From the NCBI GenBank assembly GCA_964019335.1, contig OZ025717.1:248001-312000 (forward strand): DNA of 64,000 nt, read 5' to 3'. This document shows, in pieces, positions 56,431 through 64,000 of the stretch. Numbering within the stretch: position 1 is the stretch's first letter; each line of letters starts with the position of its first letter. Under the pieces are notes generated by a model that searched no databases, was not told the DNA's origin, and saw only the letters and a program-made list of their open reading frames with translations. Made by a program: the position numbers and the translations under genes. The stretch comes from Diplonema japonicum (Eukaryota; Protista; Euglenozoa: Diplonemea).

Positions 56431-57041
56431 CTTTACAGAGATCTTTTGTGGTTTGTTGTTGTTTTTGAGCTGTGGTGGTGGGTGAAGCAGTTTGAACTGA
56501 AAATCACAAGGAATGCCTCCAGAGATGGATAACAAAGAAGCAAGGAAGAAAGGAAGGAACTTCATGAGTGGTGCTTATCTGTTTCAAACCCACCACTCAC
56601 GATTCTTTGGTTTGAAAAAAAGAAGGGGGAAGAGCGGGGGAAACGTCAATGGGCCATGCACCACTAGACGGAGAGAAGAAGTGGCTACTCTTCTCAATTA
56701 TTCCTTTCGCTCATAAAAAACAGCTGCGATTTAAGCAGCCATACGGTGGTTTAAAAAAATGAGAGGAAAGGGAAAAAAAAAAAGCAAAAAAGTATCTCAA
56801 AGGAGAAACGAAGAAATTCTGTTCTGGGATATTGGAGCAGAGAAAACAGAAAAAAGTTGTGTTTGTGAAAAAATATAAAGGCGGCAGTGGGTGAATCGAT
56901 CCAAGATCAGTCAAAAAAAAAAGTTACATTCTGTCCGATGACTCTTTTCACCCAGCTCCCGAATGGAGTTTTCTCCTGCCATGGTGAAATGGAGGTGTTG
57001 GTGTTCTTTTGTTTAAATTTATTTTAATTTTTTTATCTCCC

Positions 57042-58187
57042 TTAAACGAAGAGTTCCCTGTTGCCCTTCTGAGAGAGAACAACGCCGGGGATGGTGTCGA
57101 TGAACTTCTTCGCGTTGACGACAGTGTTGTACGCCAGGGTGACAGGGGTCGTGGTGTGGCGGTGGTAGATGTGCATCCCTGTGAGGCCCACGTTGTAGAA
57201 GGTGTTGCCCTCGTAGTGCTGCCCGACACCACCTTCACCGGCGGCCGTCGGCACAGGCCTGGAGTCACAGAACATACCGTTGCCCCCTGCCCCGATCACT
57301 GTGTTCGACAGGACCTTGTGCCCCGACCCGAAGATGATGAGGCCGTTCCCCGACCCCTGCACCACCCTGTTGTGTGCCACGACGACCGCCTCCCCGTTCA
57401 CCTGGATCCCGTTGTTCTGCCACGAATGTGCGAAGGGGCGCTGCCCGTACTTCTCGATGAGGTTGTTCTCCACACGGCACCCCGGAAGGCACTTGCTCAC
57501 CTGGATCCCGTCCGCCCCGAGGTCCTTCAGCACGTTGTTCTCCACCACGAGCCCCCGCATGTCGTGCGGGTACACCACTGTCGGAACCCCGTTGCACTCC
57601 AGCGTCCTCTCGTATGCCGTGTAGCCGATGTACATGCCCTCCCCGTCCCCCGTCGCGTGGATGTAGTTGTCGTGCACCTTCACGTTCGCCATCTCGAAGT
57701 TCTCCTTCCACGTCGCGGGGTCGCACGTGGGGTCCGTCTTCAGCATGAGCCCTGCAAAGGTCGCCCCCTTCACCTCCACGTGGTCGATCTCGATGTCCGA
57801 CGTCATCGTGCCCGCCCCGAGCGTGCCCCCCAGCTGGAACCCGTACTCCACAGCCGCGTCCCCCGTCCCCGTGATGCGCAGGTACCGCGACCTCTCCACG
57901 CTGATGCTGTAGTGGTACTGCGTCGTCACCACCGCCCCCTTGCAGTTCCGCACCACGATGGGCGCCCCTTCCTCCCCCACCACGTTCCGGATGTTGATGG
58001 GGCCCCTCGACCCGCCCTCGAAGCACACCACGTCGCCCCCCTTCGCCTTCGCCACCGCCCCGTCGAAGCGGTAGTGATTCGAAGGCATCACGTGCGTGCA
58101 CCCGCACGCCGCAGCCTCCTCGCTGCTCAGCGCAGCCACACCGCACCCTCCAAGCAGCAGCACAGCACAGAGAAGGACAGGCTTCAT
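57042..58187 (-). CDS. Secreted right-handed parallel beta-helix (pectin-lyase fold) protein
   Basis: Signal peptide; repeated V.V.NN.I...G..GI.V units (HDNYIH, EGMYIG, DGIQV, NGIQV). Confidence 0.8.
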   Translation of the reverse strand: MKPVLLCAVLLLGGCGVAALSSEEAAACGCTHVMPSNHYRFDGAVAKAKGGDVVCFEGGSRGPINIRNVVGEEGAPIVVRNCKGAVVTTQYHYSISVERSRYLRITGTGDAAVEYGFQLGGTLGAGTMTSDIEIDHVEVKGATFAGLMLKTDPTCDPATWKENFEMANVKVHDNYIHATGDGEGMYIGYTAYERTLECNGVPTVVYPHDMRGLVVENNVLKDLGADGIQVSKCLPGCRVENNLIEKYGQRPFAHSWQNNGIQVNGEAVVVAHNRVVQGSGNGLIIFGSGHKVLSNTVIGAGGNGMFCDSRPVPTAAGEGGVGQHYEGNTFYNVGLTGMHIYHRHTTTPVTLAYNTVVNAKKFIDTIPGVVLSQKGNRELFV

Positions 58188-58826
58188 TTTTGTTCTCGTT
58201 GTTCTTTAACCTGAAGTGGCTTTTAAGTTAGCTTTTAGTCTTTCCAAGGGAGAAAAAAAAAAGAGAGAAAAAAACCAAAAGGGATCATGACACGCTGTTG
58301 AACCAAACAAAAGGTTGTTCGGCATAAAAAGACATTTTTTTTTTAGCGGATTTGCTGCACTGCGGCAGGGCAGCATAGGGGAATATTAAAAAAAAGGGGT
58401 GGGGAAAAGGAGTGTCCAGGGGCCGAAGAATGAGTGGAGCGTGCACCAAGTGGCAGCACCCTTCACATGGAGGCATGAACGTAGTTGTCTTGACATCAAG
58501 AGGGAGGAGGGACAAGCCACGCTGAATAGAAGATTCACTTAAAAAAAGGTTCGCAAGAAAAGAGAACCATGCTGCTGTTGTTGGTTTTGCTGAAAAGGAT
58601 GGAAACAATAACAAAAAAATACAGTGGGAGGGGGAAAAATAAAGGCATGGGTGCGGTTAATTTTTTCGCCCTCGTGTTTTTTTTTTCTGTTTTTTTTTTC
58701 CTCACCACTTTCTTTACAACCACAGAAAGGGGGGGGGGGGGGGGGGGGTAGTAGTAAAAAAAATTGAAAGAAGTCACCACAGAGGAATGGTGTTTTTTTA
58801 TTCGAAACATGTATCATATATTTTTT

Positions 58827-60574
58827 TTAAAGGTTTGCTCTTCGGTTCTTGTTGTTGCGGGCGGCGTTCTTGCAGGCGTTCTTCACGACATTCAACATGA
58901 GGTCGAACTTGGGTGTCCCGAGACCTGTGGCAGCATCCCAGCCCTTGATGGCCTCCCAACCGGCGGCCCTGTTCTCCCCGATGGCGTTGGTCCCCTTCAC
59001 GATGTCGGTGAACATGTGGGGGTTCTGGTAGAAGAGGGGGTTGGCGAAGCCGATGGTCTTCCCGCTGACCTCGAGGCAGGCCTCGTTAAGAGGGTCACGA
59101 TCCCCGAGAAGGACGGGGAGCTGGCGGAGGTCCCACCGACGGCCATGGTGGACCCGCCCTTCACCACCGTGAAGGACTCCCCGAGGGTCGCGACGTCTGG
59201 GGTGCCCCTCGCCCCCTTCGCGTACTGTGCGTTCGGCTTCTTCACGTTCTCCAAATAGCTCTGCACCTGCTGCGCCTGGAAGCTCGGAACGGAGAAGTCG
59301 TACGAGAAGCCACCGCCGGATCCGAACTGCGTCGTTGCCTCCTCTTCACCGCTCGTCCCCTCCACGAAGAAGGTCGACCCCACCGCCACGCAGGTAGGGA
59401 TGGACGACGGGAAGGCAGGCGACAGCTTCCCGTTGTTGCTCCCGGCCCTCGTCTCCCCACCGCTCCCGTCGTCCCCAGACGAGATCATCACCGTGATCCC
59501 CATCGTCCCCATCTTCTGGATGTCATCTGCGAGACGCTTCGTGATGGCCGACGAGCACGTCCCGATCTTCTGGCTCCCGTAGCTCACGCTGATGGTGTAA
59601 GGGTGCGTCGCCTCCCCCGTCACGTCCGACCCGAAGGTTCCGAGGTCCGCGCAGAAGTCGAAGTTCGGGTACGAGTACACCCAGGTCTCCGCAGCGTTCC
59701 CGATCGACATGATGTACTCCACGTCCAGCATCGACTCCACCCCAGGCTTGTCGTCCTTGTTCTTCCCCATGTACTTGCTGATCTTGCAGGTCTTCCCCGC
59801 GTCGTACTTCGTGCAGAAGTCTGCGAGGTTCGCGTCGTCCACGTACTGGCCTTGGAACTGCGCGATCGCCTGGATGTTCTGCTTCCCTGTCTTCGGGACC
59901 GCTGTCACGTTGTAGGTCTTCCTGAAGACTGCCGGGTTCGGGACCGCTGTCACGTTGTAGGTCTTCCTGAAGACTGCCGGGTTCACCTTCCCGGCGAGCT
60001 GCACCTCCTCCCTTTCCTTTTCCTTCACCAGCACCTCCTTGTCGACCACCACAGGGCTCAACGGGAAGCCGTGGAAGCCGGCGAACGTGTCGATCGCGGA
60101 AGCCACCTCCGCAGGCACCTGCACCCCGCTCGTCAGACGCCAGATCTTCGCACCGCTGGGGTGCTCGTAGGTCAGGAACGAGCCGTGTGCCATCTTCTCG
60201 ATCTGCGCCACCGTTGCCTCCCCGTGGATGTAGTCCCCGTGCGGGTGCTCCTTCGTCACCTCCACCCCGCTCGCGCTCAGCCACTCCCTCACAATCCTCG
60301 TGTGCTCCGCCTTCGGCCTCACCATCTCCCCGACCTCCTCGTAGCTGGGGTACTGCAAGTAGTTCACGCTGCGCGGGTCAGACACCTCCTCGAAGATCCT
60401 GTCCAGGGCTGCCTTGTTCGCCCTCTTCACCCCCACCGACACGCGGAACCTTCCTTCAGGGTTCACCTTCTCGGAGGTAGCCCTCCATCCCGCGGGGATC
60501 ATCGACGGCTCGTGCACCTCCACAAGCGACCCTGCGGACACCGCCACCAGGGCCATGAACATGGCTGATCTCAT
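58827..60574 (-). CDS. Sedolisin/tripeptidyl-peptidase (S53) with a 1-nt frameshift near 59090
   Basis: Pro-domain; ESMLD, SSGDDG, GGTSAS. One added base gives LLNEACLEVSGKTIGFANPLFY...FTDIVKGTN...GWDAATGLGTP. Confidence 0.88.
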
Positions 60575-60991
60575 GTTTCTTTTTGTTTTCCTCTGGGAAT
60601 GGAACGTGGCGTTTTTGAAAAGTAAGCAGCGGAGATAAAGAAATAAAAAGAGAACAAGATGCTACGCAGAGTGCTACTTGCAGAGACGGAATATGAAAGA
60701 TGGGATTTGTTCCTAGAATCTACTCTTAAGACATAGATCGGTTCCACCACCCCGCGGGATCATCTTCTCGAATGTGGCGGAGTTCATGTTAACTGAGGTG
60801 AAAAATTGGCTCAAAGAATGACACAACGACAATGAATGGAAAACAACAAGTATGAAACAAGGCCGTTTGTGGAAAAATATTGACCCAGGAAAGGCAAGGG
60901 TTGGTCGGTCGTGCAGGGGCAAGGGTCTAGTGTCGGAGCTATCTCTCATCAGTCGTGACAAAGAACTGACGTAGAAGGGTTGATATTTGCT

Positions 60992-62945
60992 TCACCCCCT
61001 TGCCGACCTAAGGGAGATGTGGTGCTGAAGAAGAATGTCAGAGTAATTGAAGTCCTCTTTTTGTAAAAGTTCAGAACGAGCTGCTTGCTCCGAAGTGATA
61101 AGGGACTCAGAGCAGAGGGTAGTGGCTGCTGCCAGAGAGGTGCTGATGCGTTCAATAGACTGCCTGGCTTCAAGTTTATGTTCATACATCTGTGCGATCT
61201 GGCACTGAGCTGCACGAAGGTCTTTCCGTGTAGTGTGTAGCTCATCAAGGAGCTTTCTCTGCTCAGCTGAGTCCCTTGCGCTTTGTTTCTCATCAACTTC
61301 CCACGCGCTCTTCATCTTGCGCAGTTCCTGCAGTTCGGCTGTGTGATACGTTACCGTGCGTTCAAGTTCTTTAAACTTCGCTACTTCCTTAGTGAGCACC
61401 TTTCGCTCCTCCTGAGGTTGGTTGCGGAGTACTGGCGGGGTTGCATACCGCTTCTTTCTCGTACTTTGACGCTGCTTCCTTCTTTTGGGCAACAGCCTCG
61501 TCCAACTCTGCCAGCACGTTTTGCAGGTCACACCTGAACCTGCTCTGCTGCTGCGTCGCTTTTTCGGTAATCTGTTTAACTTGCAAAAACGAAACAACCC
61601 GCAAGCATACATCGGTTTGCTGCTTCTTCAGTTTTTTAAGTTCCGTGGTTGCACGCGCCGCCTGTGTTCGTTGACATCACCTCATCTCACATACCTCGTT
61701 TTCTTTATCCTTCACCAACCCTTGCAGCCTACCCATCTCATCCTCGAGCTTGGCAACCAGCGCCGCTTGCGCCAAAGAGCTCTCCTCTGCAGCTGCTTTA
61801 GCAGTCTCGAGACTGTGTATTCGGGTCATTTGTGCGGGTAGAGCATACTCTTGTATCTTTGCCTCGATGGGGCACAACTGCTGCATCTCCATCTGCCTTG
61901 CGTGGTTTCTCTTCTCTGTGTTCAGCATGTTTTTCAAGCTGGTGACCTCTTTGACAGTGTCTTCGTATGTAGCTTGCAATTTTTTGAAGTTCTGCGTCCA
62001 CAACGCAGCGTAACCAGCGCCGGCAGTGAAGGCGATGCTCATTCTTGTGGAGGCCTCTCTGGTCTGGAGGGATGAAACAGGGCCAGAGGTTAGCAAGGTT
62101 TTTTGGAGGTCAAGGGTTGTGCGCAGGTTGAAATTTCTTCTCTTTCGTTGAGCATTCTGTTGCAGCCTCACCTTAGTGGTTAGCTCCTCATGCTCTAAGG
62201 CAAGACGCCGCTCACGCTCACTAGCAACGATGTTTGCCAATCGTGTTTTCCTCACTCGGGAAGTGGTCTGAAGGGACGACAGGTCCAATGCGCCTGCAAA
62301 GTACTCGTTTTCAATCGCCCCGCGGCACGCCACCTCAGTGTGTACAACCTGCTTTGCTCCTAAAAGGTGAATGAACTCTGCGTTCTGCGCTGCTTCGATC
62401 ATACATCGTTGCTGTGCTTCCGCAGAAGAAAAGGTCTTCCAGTGGCCCACCCAGGACTCCCCCCAGCGAATGAGGTTGACTACGTGTAAGTCATAGCCAT
62501 TCAAGATCTGGATGCGTCCGTCCTGTTCACTCCTGAGAACGGCGTGGAGCTGAACCTTGAGTACCTCATCAGGTAGGTTCTCGCAGGGGTCCTCTTGTCC
62601 TTCAACACCGCCCCACAATGGAGGGGGGTAGCCCTGGAGCATCATTGGAGGAGGGCAAGGGTGTGTGTAGAAAGGATGCCCCATGAATCCCATAAACCCC
62701 ACAGGCGACGGTCCATACATGTCACCCACACCGTACATCTCAGGGCTGTACAGCTGTGGGGGCGGAGCCTCAAGCCGCAGATCCATCTCCCCGTCTACTT
62801 CATTCTCGTTTCCATCCTCTCTCGCCCTCTCCCCATCCACACTTTCTACCACCTCATCGTCAGGACTGCAAGGAGGGCACGATGAGCTTCTTTCCAATTC
62901 CTTCCCCCGCTTCTCGTAGATTGCAGGTGGGGTGCACGCACGCAT
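60992..62945 (-). CDS. Coiled-coil protein, 4 exons, about 614 aa: join(62945-61695,61661-61611,61571-61449,61411-60992)
   Basis: Three GTATG...CAG introns (33, 39, 37 nt) join the separate ORFs into one helical reading frame. Confidence 0.72.
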
Positions 62946-63135
62946 GACCCCTCCCACCCCTGTGTGTTGAGGGAAAAAAACATGAAACGAGGGGGGAGAA
63001 TATAAGGAGAGTGGGTGTATTGTTTGAACTGGTAGCTTTGAGCGCTACTGAGGTTTGCGTTTACGCGCACCAGAAAAAAAAAAGAATAAAAGAGAACAAA
63101 AGTAAGCAAAAGTCATATCAGAACCCCCCCTTTTT

Positions 63136-64000
63136 TCATTCCCAATTAAACAAACTCTTAACGAAAGATCCAAAGTTCCGGGTTTCGGTTTCGGTCGTGT
63201 GCACCCCTGTGTAAGCAGAGTGGGGCACGTCTTTGAGCTGAGCAAGGATAGAACCGCATGTGGAGTGCTGTGGGGACTGAGCACACCCAGGGCAGACGGT
63301 GTACGTGCAAATGGAACACCTGTAAGCACGGTAATAAATAACAAAAGTCTCTGAACAAGAGTCGCAGGGTGTTGGGGCAGGTGGTTGGTAAGGGGCAAGT
63401 TGGTGAGTTTCCTTGAGAATGAATGGGTCTACAGCCGCAAAGCCGGGCGAAGCGAGGGCAGAAGGGTCCCTTTGTTCCTGCAAGAAGGTGAGGTGTGTAT
63501 AGCCGTTGACAGTGCCATGCACAGCGACCCCCCCGATGGGCACCTCGGAGGCAGGAACGACCAGCGTGGCAGGGCACTTGGGGTTCTCCACCCACAGTGA
63601 GTCGCTGTAGAGCGTGCCATTAAGGACGTGGAGACCAATGTGCTTGTCACTATCGTAGAAAGTGCTTTGCACCATACGTCGTAACCCGATCAGACTTGGC
63701 ATCCCGCTCAGGCCTTCGTTCGCTGCAATGTATTTTCTATATGACCCTGTGTGGTGTGCTGGCGTGCCCGTGTAGAGGTCCGCTAGAACATCACCAGAAT
63801 GGACGTACAAAGACGCCACTTGCGACAACAAGTCGGCGGGAATGTGCCTTTCGATGTCGTGGTCATCCAGCAAAGCCCACGAGCAGTGCAGATGATGTGA
63901 GAGGGCAAGTATTGTGATGTGGAAACAGGCTAGATTCGTCCTATCGAGCGAATCCTTGCAATTCACACGGAAGAGGACATTCTCCTCTAGAAATGGACGC
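63136..64000 (-). CDS. SAC-domain phosphoinositide phosphatase with C-terminal zinc finger (5' part off window)
   Basis: FRVNCKDSLDRTN (CX5R), GDVLADLYTGTPA, FYDSDK; then CDSC..RCSIC..VCPGC. Frame is open to the window edge. Confidence 0.88.
   Translation of the reverse strand, partial: RPFLEENVLFRVNCKDSLDRTNLACFHITILALSHHLHCSWALLDDHDIERHIPADLLSQVASLYVHSGDVLADLYTGTPAHHTGSYRKYIAANEGLSGMPSLIGLRRMVQSTFYDSDKHIGLHVLNGTLYSDSLWVENPKCPATLVVPASEVPIGGVAVHGTVNGYTHLTFLQEQRDPSALASPGFAAVDPFILKETHQLAPYQPPAPTPCDSCSETFVIYYRAYRCSICTYTVCPGCAQSPQHSTCGSILAQLKDVPHSAYTGVHTTETETRNFGSFVKSLFNWE

Noticed and set aside
50878-56565. N-terminal extensions in the ORF track (51150, 53500, 56565; also 19190, 35847)
   Set aside because: They start at non-ATG or upstream codons in low-complexity UTR; homology and signal peptides begin at downstream ATGs.

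Overview
Eukaryotic nuclear DNA, most likely a diplonemid-type euglenozoan (inference). Support: alpha-tubulin with a kinetoplastid-like tail (…EGEEDVEEY), all ~20 protein genes on the minus strand, short GT-AG cis-introns, and homopolymer-rich spacers. Protein genes: two identical GH18 chitinase-like copies; a multicopper oxidase; three paralogous LamG + C-type lectin + pentapeptide-stalk + 7TM surface proteins (the middle one looks like a head/tail chimera); CUE, eIF4G-like, FYVE and two coiled-coil proteins; alpha-tubulin; an AOC/dirigent-like protein; a cathepsin L-like protease; GST; MetE; a bacterial-type beta-helix protein; a frameshifted S53 peptidase; and a SAC phosphatase running off the right edge. 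Non-coding content absent from the ORF track: a tandem box C/D snoRNA cluster (4.7-6.1 kb) whose main member carries two guides matching the equivalents of yeast 18S Am436 and 25S Gm2288; a 5'-truncated non-LTR retrotransposon with a putative TSD and covarying 3' stem-loop; several MITE-like inverted-repeat elements; and a ~100 bp 18S rRNA fragment bracketed by inverted repeats. All calls were made by eye, with no database searches.
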